A stretch of 32,000 nucleotides of DNA, taken from assembly GCF_000018305.1 (NCBI RefSeq), contig NC_009954.1, positions 570,001 to 602,000 of the forward strand, given 5' to 3'. This DNA is from Caldivirga maquilingensis IC-167. GTDB lineage: Archaea > Thermoproteota > Thermoprotei > Thermoproteales > Thermocladiaceae. Shown here in pieces: positions 16,568 to 26,626 of this stretch (positions are counted from its first letter, which is position 1; the number at the start of each line of letters is the position of its first letter). The position numbers and the translations under genes are program-made. A model generated the notes under the pieces. It ran no database searches. It was given only the letters and a program-made list of their open reading frames with translations, and was not told where the DNA came from.

Positions 16568-17809
16568 TTATTGCTTTAAACTTAAGTATTTCTCCACAGT
16601 GTATTTTATGGTGTTATGAGTGTTCACTAGGTCCTTTATGGTTACGTATTCATCATAAGTGTGTGCTAATGTTAATTCACCTGGTCCGTAAATCACCGTT
16701 GGTATGCCTCTTAGTCTCAAGTACCTTCCGTCGGTTGCCCCAGTCATTATTATTGGCTTAGCCTCAGCTCCTTGTCTACTAATGCCTTCACGTATTAATT
16801 GAATTATCCTCTCATTGGAGGGTGTGTAGTTTGGTTCACTGGTGTCTAATACCTCCACTTCAGCTAATTCACTTAAGCCGTTCCTTAACCTATCAATAAC
16901 GGCACTTGGTGAGACACCGGGTGGTACCCTCATGTCTAATTCCAGTTCCGCGTAGTCTGGAACCATGTTAACCTTGGATCCACCCTTAATTACGCCTGGA
17001 TTGAAGGATACTGAGCCTATTACGCGTTTAAAATCATCCTCACTTAACCTTAGGCCGCTCCTTAAAGCCCCCTCCAGGTAGACCTTTGCTGAATTATTAA
17101 CGGCTTCGATTAAATCCTGGGGTAGCTTAATATCCCTGTTCACTTCATTAATAATGCCCTGGGCCTTATCAATAGCCTTGAACAGCTTCATTATTGCATT
17201 ATCACCAAGTAGAGGCAGGCTACCGTGGGCTGGCCTACCCCTGGTGATTAACTTCACTTGGCTTAACCCCTTCTCAGCTATGCAGTACTTATCGAAGCCT
17301 GTTGGTTCAGCAACTATGGCTGCATCACCCACTAGTAAATTATCCTTAACTAAGGCCTCAACACCGGCATGACCACCAACTTCCTCATCAGCTGTGGCGG
17401 AGAAGACTAATGAACCAGCACCCTCCTTCTCAATTAATGGCCCTAACTTAGCGAAAACCATCATTATGACGGCTACCCCACCCTTCATGTCTGTTGAACC
17501 CCTCCCGTAAACCCTTCCTTCAATAACCCTACCTGAGAAGGGTGGGTGGGTCCATTTATCTGGGTCACCTGGTGGTACGACGTCAGTGTGCCCATTCAGT
17601 ATGATTATAGGCTTACCCTTACCTACCCTGGCTATTAAATTGGGCTTACCCTTAACGTACTCGTAAATACTGCTTGAGAATCCCCTTTCACTGAGCCAAT
17701 TCCTAATGAATTCAACAACCCCGGTTACATCACCAGGTGGATTAACGCTATTTATTTGAACTAGACGTGAGGTTAATTCAGCCAACTGATCCCCCAGTTC
17801 ACTAACCAT
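16568..17809 (-). CDS. M20-family metallopeptidase (ArgE/DapE/CPG2-like deacylase)
   Basis: Motifs LNGHTDVVPPGD, RGSTDMKGG, ADEEVGG and the C-terminal GATDGR are characteristic of M20. Confidence 0.85.
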   Translation of the reverse strand: MVSELGDQLAELTSRLVQINSVNPPGDVTGVVEFIRNWLSERGFSSSIYEYVKGKPNLIARVGKGKPIIILNGHTDVVPPGDPDKWTHPPFSGRVIEGRVYGRGSTDMKGGVAVIMMVFAKLGPLIEKEGAGSLVFSATADEEVGGHAGVEALVKDNLLVGDAAIVAEPTGFDKYCIAEKGLSQVKLITRGRPAHGSLPLLGDNAIMKLFKAIDKAQGIINEVNRDIKLPQDLIEAVNNSAKVYLEGALRSGLRLSEDDFKRVIGSVSFNPGVIKGGSKVNMVPDYAELELDMRVPPGVSPSAVIDRLRNGLSELAEVEVLDTSEPNYTPSNERIIQLIREGISRQGAEAKPIIMTGATDGRYLRLRGIPTVIYGPGELTLAHTYDEYVTIKDLVNTHNTIKYTVEKYLSLKQ

Positions 17810-17882
17810 TATTAACTATTAAATAGGGGAAATTTAAGTATTGCTAGGTAATGCTTTAAAGTGTGGAGGAGTATGACATAAT

Positions 17883-18095
17883 ATGGCTATGAATTCAAAG
17901 AATCTAATAAAAGTAATACTACTAATAATAGTGCCGTGGATCTTCATAGCGTTCCTTGCACCACTTTACAATAGGTCATCCCCCGAGTTGGGTGGTTGGC
18001 CGTTCCTATGGTGGTACCTTTTTGCCTGGGTTTTCATACAACCCATCATAACCTACATAGTTTACCGCATAATAGATAAGGGTGGTGAATCATGA
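17883..18095 (+). CDS. small two-TM membrane protein, SSS-symporter-associated small subunit (DUF3311-like)
   Basis: 70 aa with two hydrophobic helices. It overlaps the symporter gene by 4 nt (ATGA), suggesting translational coupling. Confidence 0.6.
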   Translation: MAMNSKNLIKVILLIIVPWIFIAFLAPLYNRSSPELGGWPFLWWYLFAWVFIQPIITYIVYRIIDKGGES

Positions 18096-19558
18096 TTTTC
18101 GCAGCCATTGATTACGCAGTATTCTTCACCCTTATTGGATTAGCAGTGGTGGCTGGATTCCTTGGTAGTAAGTGGAGGGCGCCTGACTTCACTAGGATAG
18201 CTGAATGGAGTCTAGGCGGTATGAGGTTTGGGGCATTCATAGTATGGTTCCTAATGGGTGCTGACATATATACGGCCTACTCATTAATATCAATACCCGG
18301 TGCAGCCTACTCACTGGGTGGTTTCATTCTCTATGCCGTTGTTTACGGTTCAATATCCTACCCATTCCTATACATTGTTGCAACAAAGTTCTACAGGGTA
18401 GCTAAACGCCGTGGTTACATTACGGCTGGTGATTACGTTAGGGATAGGTTTAATAGTGGTGTATTATCATTATTAATATCCTTAACCGGTATAATAGCCA
18501 TGCTCCCTTACATTGCCTTACAGATAGTTGGTATTAGGTATGTGTTAGATGCCATGGGTTTCCCAGTTATTCCAAGTTTCATAATAGCTTACATAATAGT
18601 GGCCTTATTCGTAGCTGTAAGTGGGTTAAGGGGACCTGCCTTGAGTTCACTGATTAAGGATGCTATACTATGGGGTGTAATACTTACTGTGGTTATTGCA
18701 TTAGGCATACGCTTCAATGGCTTCGGTCCAATATTCACTCAACTCGGTCCATCCCATTACCTAATACCCAGTAAGCTGATGATTGGGTACATTACCTTAG
18801 CCCTCGGTAGTGGTATATCATGGTTACTCTTCCCCAACCTCCTAGTTGGGATATTAGGCTCCAAGAGTGAGGACGTTATCAGGAAGAACTCAGTCTTCCT
18901 GCCGCTTTACCAAGTTTGGTTAATATTACTGGCATTAATGGGTTTAGTAGCCTTAGCCAAGAACCTAGTCCCAAGTGGGGTCTCAAGCTTAGCCTTCCCC
19001 TCAGTCCTAAACGCCTACTTCCCAAGCACCTTCGTGGCAGTGGCCTTTGCAGGTATTGTGATAGGGAGTATGGTTCCGGCTGGGTTGCAAAGCCTGGGTG
19101 CAGCCAATTTAATAACCAGGAACATTTACTTAGACTTCATAAACAGGAAAGCCACGGAGAGGCAGCAGGTCCTATGGGGTAGGGTGGCCGTCTTCATAAT
19201 GGTTATAGCATCCTTAATATTCGCCCTAGTTCCAGCAGCCAGTGGCCTAATATTCTACCTATTAACCTTCTCCTACGCATGGCTTCTTCAAACCCTCCCA
19301 GCCATAATACTATCAATGTATTGGTACGACTTGGATAAGTATAGTGTGGCTGCCGGGTGGGCTGTGGGCACTGGTTTAGTGACCTATGGCCTAGTGACCG
19401 TGGGTTTCTCCTCCTCACTACTACCCTGGTTCTACGACATCTACGTTGGCCTACTGGGCTTAATAGTGAACTTAATCGTAATGCTTGTGGTTTACGCAAT
19501 TGTTAAGGCGCTTAAAGTTAAGGTAAGTAGTAGGCTTAATCCACAGGAGTTGCTTTAA
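18092..19558 (+). CDS. sodium:solute symporter (SSS) family transporter
   Basis: 488 aa, polytopic (about 12-13 helices), with an SSS-like pattern (GGMRFGAFIVWFLMGADIYTAYSLISIPG). Confidence 0.85.
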   Translation: MIFAAIDYAVFFTLIGLAVVAGFLGSKWRAPDFTRIAEWSLGGMRFGAFIVWFLMGADIYTAYSLISIPGAAYSLGGFILYAVVYGSISYPFLYIVATKFYRVAKRRGYITAGDYVRDRFNSGVLSLLISLTGIIAMLPYIALQIVGIRYVLDAMGFPVIPSFIIAYIIVALFVAVSGLRGPALSSLIKDAILWGVILTVVIALGIRFNGFGPIFTQLGPSHYLIPSKLMIGYITLALGSGISWLLFPNLLVGILGSKSEDVIRKNSVFLPLYQVWLILLALMGLVALAKNLVPSGVSSLAFPSVLNAYFPSTFVAVAFAGIVIGSMVPAGLQSLGAANLITRNIYLDFINRKATERQQVLWGRVAVFIMVIASLIFALVPAASGLIFYLLTFSYAWLLQTLPAIILSMYWYDLDKYSVAAGWAVGTGLVTYGLVTVGFSSSLLPWFYDIYVGLLGLIVNLIVMLVVYAIVKALKVKVSSRLNPQELL

Positions 19559-19692
19559 TCCATCATCATCTCCCCTCTTTTAAAACACACCATTATTTAT
19601 CCCTGATTCTTAAGTGGGTTTTGTATTCGCATCCATGGTGCTTAACTTAAGGAGCAGCTTACCTTTAAATCTCCCTGAGGCGACTTAGTGAA

Positions 19693-20913
19693 GTGGACTT
19701 TAACCTCAGTCAGGAGGAGGAGTTATTCAGGAGGAGTGTGGTTGAGTTTGCTGAGAGGTATGTTAAACCAAATTGGGTTCTCGTGGATGATGGGAAATAC
19801 CCCTTAATCAACATTGTTAAGAGAATGAGTGAGTCAGGCCTACTGGGTGTGCCCTTTAATTCAAGGTACGGTGGGCAAGATGGCTCATTCACCATGAGTG
19901 CCATAGCCACTGAGGAATTAGCCTACGCAGACCCCTCCTTAGCAACCCCAGTCTTCTACCTACTTAACACCGCCTGGCCCTTCATTGTTCAAAGGTATGG
20001 GAGGGAGGAGGTTAAGGAGGAGGCTTTACCCAGGGTGGTTAAGGGTGTCGGCTTCATTGGGATAGCCTCCACTGAACCCCAGGGTGGTAGTGATGTGGCC
20101 TCCACTAGGCTTGAGGCCAGGAGGAGTGATGATTCATGGAGCCTCTACGGTGAGAAGAACATTGTCACCGGGGTCTCATTAATAATCAACGACATGGATT
20201 ACGGGGGCTTCGTCACAATAGCTAGGACTGCTCCCCCTGAGACTAGGCATAGGGGTTTAACCACCCTGCTAGCCTTAGTGAAGAAGGATGGTGTAGTGCT
20301 TAACGGCTTCGATTACGGTAGTTATGAGGATATTGGGAGAAGGGGACTTGCCACTAATTACATTAGGTTCAATGGGTTAACAGTTAAGGAATCCTACACC
20401 CTCGGTGAGGTTAATGCTGGTTTCAAGATACTGATGGAGGGTTTCGACATTGCCAGGGTACTCATAGCAGCAGCATCAATTGGGGTCACTAGGTGGCTTC
20501 TTGATCAATCAAGGGATTGGATTAAGTCCAGGGTTGTTTTCAATAAGCCAATAGCCTCATACCAGTCAATAAGCTTCAAGTACGCTGAATTAGCCACTAG
20601 GCTTGAGCAGGCTAGGTTACTTACCTATAAGGCCGCTTGGTTAACCGACAGATACTTCATACTCAATGACTCCTCAGTCGACATACTTACCGTAGCCACC
20701 TTTAACGCCATGGCTAAGATGACTGCGGTTGAATTAGCCGTTGAAACTGCCCTAGAGGCAATGAGATGGTTCGGTGGGGCCAGTTACTTCAAGGAATCTA
20801 ACATTGCCAGGGCACTCCTTGGTGCATTAAGCTACTACGTTGGCGCCGAGGGTACTGGTAATATTATGAGGCTTATAGTGGCTAGGAACCTAATAGGCAG
20901 GGAGGTTACTTGA
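19693..20913 (+). CDS. acyl-CoA dehydrogenase family protein
   Basis: GTG start. Motifs GIASTEPQGGSDVAS and YGEKNIVTG, a C-terminal helical domain with GAEGTGNIMRLIVAR, and a TATA-like cctttaaatc about 25-30 nt upstream. Confidence 0.85.
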   Translation: MDFNLSQEEELFRRSVVEFAERYVKPNWVLVDDGKYPLINIVKRMSESGLLGVPFNSRYGGQDGSFTMSAIATEELAYADPSLATPVFYLLNTAWPFIVQRYGREEVKEEALPRVVKGVGFIGIASTEPQGGSDVASTRLEARRSDDSWSLYGEKNIVTGVSLIINDMDYGGFVTIARTAPPETRHRGLTTLLALVKKDGVVLNGFDYGSYEDIGRRGLATNYIRFNGLTVKESYTLGEVNAGFKILMEGFDIARVLIAAASIGVTRWLLDQSRDWIKSRVVFNKPIASYQSISFKYAELATRLEQARLLTYKAAWLTDRYFILNDSSVDILTVATFNAMAKMTAVELAVETALEAMRWFGGASYFKESNIARALLGALSYYVGAEGTGNIMRLIVARNLIGREVT

Positions 20914-21021
20914 TTTTAATTATTTACAACATTAAATTCATACATCTATATATTCAATTTAATTAAGCAGTTAACATATTTAGCCTAACATTTATTAGTT
21001 ACCTAAGGAGCTAGACTTAAA

Positions 21022-22809
21022 ATGGGTGGAATATTCGGTCTCGTATCCAATATTAGGCCAGTTGCCCCTGTGATTAGGATTGGCCTTGAAAGACTAATGC
21101 ATAGGGGTATTGATGGAGCAGGCATAGCCACTGTGTATAATAGTGTTATTCACATTAAGAAGGATGCCGGTAAGGTAACCGACGTACACAGTAAGCTTAA
21201 CTTAGATGACTTACCAGGCTACGTGGGTATTGGACACGTTAGGTCAGCTACACACGGTAGGCCCGTTTACGAAAACACTCACCCTGTCCAAGACTGCACT
21301 GGTGGTGTTGCATTAGTTATGGATGGGGTGGTCTCGGATTATGATGAAATTAGGAGGAGGCTTAGTAGGAGGCATAAGTTGGTGTCTAGGACTGATGCTG
21401 AGGCATTAGCCCACATTATTGAGGATGAGTTGAAGGATGGTAAGTCAATGAGGGAGGCATTATCCTCAGTAACAAGGCAGGTTAAGGGCTACTACACCAT
21501 TGCCGTCCTCAATAAGGATGAGGAGAGGATTTACGCACTAAGCATGGGTAACCCACTGGTTATAGGTGTCAGTGACCGGGAGTACTTTGTATCCTCTGAG
21601 GAGCAGGCGATACCGGTTAAGTTAAGGTTAGTTTACTTCATGGAGCCTAATCAAATGGTGGTGATGAGTAAGGATGGTGTGGAGTTCTATGATGCATCAT
21701 CAATGAGTAAGGTTGAGCCATCACCCCAATTAGCATCACAGACAACGGTGGAGGTGGTTAAGGGGTCTTTTCAACACTACATGATTAAGGAAATTTACGA
21801 GGAACCTGAGGTATTGGCTAGGGCTGTTAACGTGCTTCAGAGGGAATACCTTGATGATGCAGCCTCAATAGTGGCTAAGGCTAAGAACATAATATTCACT
21901 GGTTCAGGAACCTCCTACTACGCCTCACTAATCGGTAAGTATTACTTAGAGGAGTTAGGTGGGGTTAAGGCTGATGCGATACCAGCCGGTGAATTCCCCT
22001 ACCTGGGTGTTAGATATGTTGAACCAGGCACATTAATAATAGCTATTAGTCAATCAGGTGAATCAACAGACATAATTAGGACTATTAGGTGGGCTAAGAG
22101 GAAGGGTGCCATAGTGCTTAGTATTGTTAATAGACTCGGCTCAGCCTTAATGAGGGAATCTAACGTATACCTACCAATGGGTGCTGGACCAGAGTTAGCT
22201 GTACCTGCGACGAAATCCTTCGTGGCTTCAATAGCCATAATGCTGCAATTAGCCTACGCAGTTAAGGGGAATGTTAATGATGCTAGGAGCCTAATTAATA
22301 AGGCAATAATCATGCTTAATAATCAAATAAACAAGGTGAGGGATGATGTTAGGCGCATTGCTAAACTGGTGTCAAACTACAATAATGCGTACATAATATC
22401 AGGCGGGCCAATTGGTTTACCATTAGCCATGGAGGCTGCATTGAAGCTTAAGGAGGCAGCCCAGGTTCACTCAGAGGCCTTCAGCTTCAGGGAGTTTAAA
22501 CATGGCCCAATAACCCTAATATCCAAGGAATTCCCCACAATAGCCATAATGCCCGGTAATGATGTTGATGATGAAATAATTAACGTTATTTCAGAGGTAT
22601 GGTCCCGTGGAGGATACACAGTAGTTATCACGCAGGAGGGTAAGGAGGTTACTGGGGATCAAGTCATTTACCTGGAGCGTATGGGTAATAGGCTAATAAT
22701 ACCCTTAGTGTATCCCGCAGTGATTCAATTACTAGCCTACGAAATCGGGGTTGCTAGAGGAATTGACGTTGATAATCCACATAACTTAAGTAAAGTAGTG
22801 ACGACTTGA
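21022..22809 (+). CDS. GlmS-like protein (GATase-2 domain plus two SIS domains) lacking the catalytic N-terminal Cys
   Basis: The protein is colinear with GlmS: the isomerase motifs GSGTSYYAS, SQSGESTD and the C-terminus DVDNPHNLSKVVTT are intact. The N-terminus is MGGIFG rather than MCGI, and HNGIIEN is replaced by MDGVVSD. An in-frame stop lies 18 nt upstream of the ATG. Confidence 0.85.
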   Translation: MGGIFGLVSNIRPVAPVIRIGLERLMHRGIDGAGIATVYNSVIHIKKDAGKVTDVHSKLNLDDLPGYVGIGHVRSATHGRPVYENTHPVQDCTGGVALVMDGVVSDYDEIRRRLSRRHKLVSRTDAEALAHIIEDELKDGKSMREALSSVTRQVKGYYTIAVLNKDEERIYALSMGNPLVIGVSDREYFVSSEEQAIPVKLRLVYFMEPNQMVVMSKDGVEFYDASSMSKVEPSPQLASQTTVEVVKGSFQHYMIKEIYEEPEVLARAVNVLQREYLDDAASIVAKAKNIIFTGSGTSYYASLIGKYYLEELGGVKADAIPAGEFPYLGVRYVEPGTLIIAISQSGESTDIIRTIRWAKRKGAIVLSIVNRLGSALMRESNVYLPMGAGPELAVPATKSFVASIAIMLQLAYAVKGNVNDARSLINKAIIMLNNQINKVRDDVRRIAKLVSNYNNAYIISGGPIGLPLAMEAALKLKEAAQVHSEAFSFREFKHGPITLISKEFPTIAIMPGNDVDDEIINVISEVWSRGGYTVVITQEGKEVTGDQVIYLERMGNRLIIPLVYPAVIQLLAYEIGVARGIDVDNPHNLSKVVTT

Positions 22810-23027
22810 TGCTAAGGTAAAGTGCATCAATACCATAGATTACCCCCATTTAGACTCATTGCATCCTTACCTACTCCTTAACCTTCATCACCACATCAGG
22901 TGGGTAAAGGATGAGGACCCATGTAGTTGAGTTTCGACTAATAAGGTGAAGCAATATTTAAATAACTTTAATACTCTTTGGTTTAAAAGGCAAGGTTTTA
23001 AGTATAGGTTGTAACCACCTATAATTC

Positions 23028-23516
23028 ATGAACTGCCCTTACTGGGTTATTAAGGGTAAGTTAGCTGGTTCCTGTGCTCCAAGGGGTGTTAAGGATATTG
23101 AGGCGTGGGGTAGAATGGGTATTAAGGCTGTTGTATCACTGATTGAGGAGTTTGAGTTCAATGAAATAGGCTTCCCTTTCAATAATTATGTTGATGCCTT
23201 AAGAAGATTCAACATTAGGCTACTTTACTCACCCACTAAGGATGGTGAATCACCACCCCTTGATGAGTTCATGGCCATACTAAGGTGGATTGATGAAAGG
23301 ATTCATGAAAATGAGCCTGTTCTGGTCCACTGCAATGCTGGTGTTGGTCGTTCCCCCACGGTAATAATTGGTTACCTAATGTATAAGGGTTATAGTTTAA
23401 AGGAGGCCTATAGATTTGTATCAAACGTGAATGATAAGGTATCCCTCAGCTTTACTCAAGCATTAGCGTTAGAGGAGCTTGAGAAGCTCATAAGCAGGAG
23501 GAGCCTTGTACTTTAA
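23028..23516 (+). CDS. dual-specificity / tyrosine protein phosphatase (CX5R)
   Basis: Active-site loop VLVHCNAGVGRSPTVIIGYLM. Confidence 0.8.
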   Translation: MNCPYWVIKGKLAGSCAPRGVKDIEAWGRMGIKAVVSLIEEFEFNEIGFPFNNYVDALRRFNIRLLYSPTKDGESPPLDEFMAILRWIDERIHENEPVLVHCNAGVGRSPTVIIGYLMYKGYSLKEAYRFVSNVNDKVSLSFTQALALEELEKLISRRSLVL

Positions 23517-23552
23517 TACAGGTATAATGATCCTTAGGGATTACTGTTGCGT

Positions 23553-23849
23553 ATGTTTTTTAAATTCATGAGGATACTAAGGGTAGTGGGTAGGAATAGG
23601 CTTAGGGATATTTTCAATAGGATAATTTGGACTAACGTAAGGAATGAATATGAGGTGGTTATATTATCAAGGGGTGAACCAGGTGACGTTAAGGTGTTGC
23701 CACTGGAGGGTTTAGTTAAGGCTAGTAAGGATGGTATAGTGATAGGGATTAATGGAGTTGAATCCTTCATACCGTATCACAGGATTCTACTGGTAAGGAG
23801 GAGTAATGGGGCTGTGGTTTATAGGAAGGGTATGAAGTTTAATAGTTAA
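23553..23849 (+). CDS. DUF504 (UPF0248) family small protein
   Basis: LRDIFNRIIW near the N-terminus and the FIPYHRI motif. The start is uncertain (TTG 23547, ATG 23553 or ATG 23568). gtataat at 23522-23528 could be its TATA box. Confidence 0.6.
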   Translation: MFFKFMRILRVVGRNRLRDIFNRIIWTNVRNEYEVVILSRGEPGDVKVLPLEGLVKASKDGIVIGINGVESFIPYHRILLVRRSNGAVVYRKGMKFNS

Positions 23850-25038
23850 GCCAATTACCCAGAACATTCTTAGCCTCATTAAGCATACCCTCACTTACCT
23901 CAACACCAGCCTCCCTCAGTTTCCTCATTAACTCACTGGTGCTTGAGGATAGGGTGAGCCCCATTAGGGTTAAGGCTACGGCAACTTTAACGCCATTAAA
24001 CCCACCCACCTTCGCCAAGGCCTTAGTCTCCAGGTAAAGCCTAATCTGCCCCTCATTGATACTTAACTCATTAACCACCCCCCTTAACCCTAGGCTCTTA
24101 ATCGCGTTTATTAAGCCCTCAAAGCCACCGTACCTCTGGCTTACTAGCCAGTCAATGTGAATTATTGTTGCTGTTAAATACTTCATGAATAATCTCCCCT
24201 TATCCTCATCACTACTGGTTAATTGAAGTGCCGAACCGTAGGCTGCCTTAGCCTCCTCAGCCACCTCAGGCTCCTCCTGGGTTATATTAAGCAGCATGTC
24301 ACCAGCCTCCTCGTAGTAAACTGGGTTACTGTCCTCAATGGCGTCTATCAACCTAGCCATGGCGCTGCACCTAGTGGCTTCAATCAAATGCCCCTCACTC
24401 CACCTAGCCGCTGAGGAGCATTGAAGGTATGTTGACCTAGCGTTATCTAAGTCACCGTGGGTTAAGTAATACTTAGCTAATTCAATTAGGCCCGTTAACC
24501 TAACCTCAAGGGCATTATTCAGTTCCCCCAAGTCCTCGTAATGCCTATACGCCTCTGAGAAGTGGCTCATGGCTTCATTAATTAACCTAAACTCAGCATC
24601 ATGATTACCTCTACTATGCTCAACACTGGAGGATTCAAGGTTCATGAATCCTTGACACAATTCCATAAGCACCCTTAACCTAAGTGAATTCTCCCCAACC
24701 GCATTATTTACTCTACCTTTAAGCAGCTCCATGGCCTTACTAAACCTACCCCTCTCCATTAGTGTCTCAGTTAATTTAATTAATAAGTTAATGCTACTTA
24801 TATTACCTGGGTCAACACCACTGATTAGGGACACTGCCTTATCACTTAACTCAATGCTGAGCAGTAATTCCACATCACTCTCCTTTAACTCTCTACCAGT
24901 CTCCTCAAGGAGGCCATCTGGGAGTTCATTAATGTGCCTAAGTAATGCCCCCTTACTCCTAGGTAGTTCCCTAATCTCCTTAATAACCCTAGTCTTAATG
25001 CAGTCTAAGTTCCATAGGCATTCCTCAGCCAGACTCAT
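23839..25038 (-). CDS. hypothetical protein, mostly alpha-helical (TPR-like middle part)
   Basis: 399-aa ORF in which the opposite-strand ORFs look spurious. No family was recognised. Its 3' end overlaps the DUF504 gene convergently by 11 nt. Confidence 0.5.
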   Translation of the reverse strand: MSLAEECLWNLDCIKTRVIKEIRELPRSKGALLRHINELPDGLLEETGRELKESDVELLLSIELSDKAVSLISGVDPGNISSINLLIKLTETLMERGRFSKAMELLKGRVNNAVGENSLRLRVLMELCQGFMNLESSSVEHSRGNHDAEFRLINEAMSHFSEAYRHYEDLGELNNALEVRLTGLIELAKYYLTHGDLDNARSTYLQCSSAARWSEGHLIEATRCSAMARLIDAIEDSNPVYYEEAGDMLLNITQEEPEVAEEAKAAYGSALQLTSSDEDKGRLFMKYLTATIIHIDWLVSQRYGGFEGLINAIKSLGLRGVVNELSINEGQIRLYLETKALAKVGGFNGVKVAVALTLMGLTLSSSTSELMRKLREAGVEVSEGMLNEAKNVLGNWLNY

Positions 25039-25195
25039 TTCATTAATCTTAGTGAAGCCTAATTTTTAAACCAAATGCCCTTAATTCAAGTATTGAAGTT
25101 GATTGATTCCCATGCGTGGTATTTAACTTAGTTTAATGAGTCTTAATGCTTTGTAGTGTTAAATGTTTATTAATTGGATTCCTACCTAGTAATAT

Positions 25196-26290
25196 ATGGT
25201 TGATGTAATTATACTGGCAGGGGGATACGCCACAAGGCTTAGGCCCCTTACATTCACTAAGCCTAAGCCCCTGCTCCCAATACTTAATAAGGCTGTCATA
25301 GATTGGATCCTTGAATCAGTCACTAAAGTTAAGCCTAGTGATGTCTTCCTATCAGTCAGGTACATGAGTGAGCTTATTGAGAAGCACGTTAACCATAGGT
25401 GGGCTTCATTAAGAGATATCGTTAACATAATTAAGGAGGATAAGCCCCTTGGTGACGGTGGCCCCGTCTCATACATAGCCAGTATGCGGGAGTTGGATGA
25501 TATAGTGGTGGTCTTTAACGGTGATATATTCACTAAGATTGACCTGGAGGATGCAATTAATGAGCATGTTAGTAAGGGGGCTTTAGCCACAATATGCTTA
25601 ACCCAGGTCAATGATGTGTCACAGTACGGTGTGGTCACGCTTGGTAGAGATAATCTAGTAACGGGCTTCGTTGAGAAGCCTGAGCCGGGTAAGGCACCAT
25701 CAAACCTTATTAACGCAGGCGTATACATATTCAGTAAGGATGCGCTCAAGTACTTCCCTAAGCCTGGTACATTCGGTAAGTTGGCTATTGACATATTGCC
25801 TAAAATGATTAAGGATCATAAGGTATACGGCTACATACTAAAGGGGTATTGGTATGATATAGGAACGATCACATCATACTTAGACGCTAACTTCAGGGCC
25901 CTTGATGAGTACTGTAGGGATTGCCCAGCGCCTAATAATGAAGCTTTAATTAAGCCTCCCGCTTTCATAGGGGAGAACGTTACAATAGAGCCTGGGGCTG
26001 AGGTGGGGCCTTATGTGGTTGTGTTGAATAATTCAAGGATCGGCGCCCACAGTAGGGTTAAGTACTCAGTCATAATGGATAACACAACTATTGAGAATGG
26101 TGCATACGTTGACTTAACAGTATTGGGGTCTGATGTATTCGTGGGTAAGTGGGCTAGGATTGAGAAGGGTGTTGTGGTTGGTGATGGAAGCTACATTGGT
26201 GACCATGTTTTAATAAATAGGGATTCAATAATTGGGCCCTTCAGGGAGGTTAACCAGAGCATATATGAGATTGGTAAGATACTTCTTTAA
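25196..26290 (+). CDS. sugar-1-phosphate nucleotidyltransferase with C-terminal left-handed beta-helix domain
   Basis: The sequence VIILAGGYATRLRPLTFTKPKPLLPI contains the GxGTRLxPLT-type motif. The C-terminus has hexapeptide-like repeats (IGENVTIEPGAEVGPYVVV...IGAHSRV...). Confidence 0.85.
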   Translation: MVDVIILAGGYATRLRPLTFTKPKPLLPILNKAVIDWILESVTKVKPSDVFLSVRYMSELIEKHVNHRWASLRDIVNIIKEDKPLGDGGPVSYIASMRELDDIVVVFNGDIFTKIDLEDAINEHVSKGALATICLTQVNDVSQYGVVTLGRDNLVTGFVEKPEPGKAPSNLINAGVYIFSKDALKYFPKPGTFGKLAIDILPKMIKDHKVYGYILKGYWYDIGTITSYLDANFRALDEYCRDCPAPNNEALIKPPAFIGENVTIEPGAEVGPYVVVLNNSRIGAHSRVKYSVIMDNTTIENGAYVDLTVLGSDVFVGKWARIEKGVVVGDGSYIGDHVLINRDSIIGPFREVNQSIYEIGKILL

Positions 26291-26568
26291 TGAACATTAA
26301 GTATTATAGCTATTATTAATAGAACCCAACCTATTGCAATTAAAACCCCCAGAATCTTCTTGAAGGCCGCTATGAATACTAGTAGTAGGTATAGTGCGGT
26401 TAATGATATTAACAGGGCTATGGCATTACCGTAAGTGTTAGCTAAGGCTGGGTTAGCTTTAAAGATTGTTTCCTGAAGAATATACTGAAGCAGGTTAACT
26501 AAACCATTGTAGGCATATACGAAGAGCTTAAAAGCCTCATTCATCACCACTGCAACGCTTATACTCAT
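26287..26568 (-). CDS. small membrane protein, unknown function
   Basis: The preferred start is ATG 26568 (MSISVAVV...), with ttataagt at 26591-26598 about 25 nt upstream. The track start at 26634 would overlap the upstream gene. There are two C-terminal TM helices. Confidence 0.5.
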   Translation of the reverse strand: MSISVAVVMNEAFKLFVYAYNGLVNLLQYILQETIFKANPALANTYGNAIALLISLTALYLLLVFIAAFKKILGVLIAIGWVLLIIAIILNVH

Positions 26569-26626
26569 ATATCTGAGTCTTAGTCTTAGTTTATAAGTAT
26601 TGCATACGTACGGGAAACAGTTTAGG

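Noticed and set aside
22810-23027. 218-nt intergenic region after the glmS-like gene with a GUGAUGA-like box on the minus strand (revcomp of ccttcatcacc), considered as a C/D-box sRNA
   Set aside because: No matching D, D' (CUGA) or C' boxes occur at the required spacing on either strand, and only weak 4-bp stems are present.
25186-25794. 202-aa minus-strand ORF overlapping the nucleotidyltransferase gene
   Set aside because: It is antisense to a gene with a clear GxGTRLxPLT motif and LbH repeats. Its product is Ser/Leu/Thr-rich with no recognisable domain, so it is a shadow ORF.
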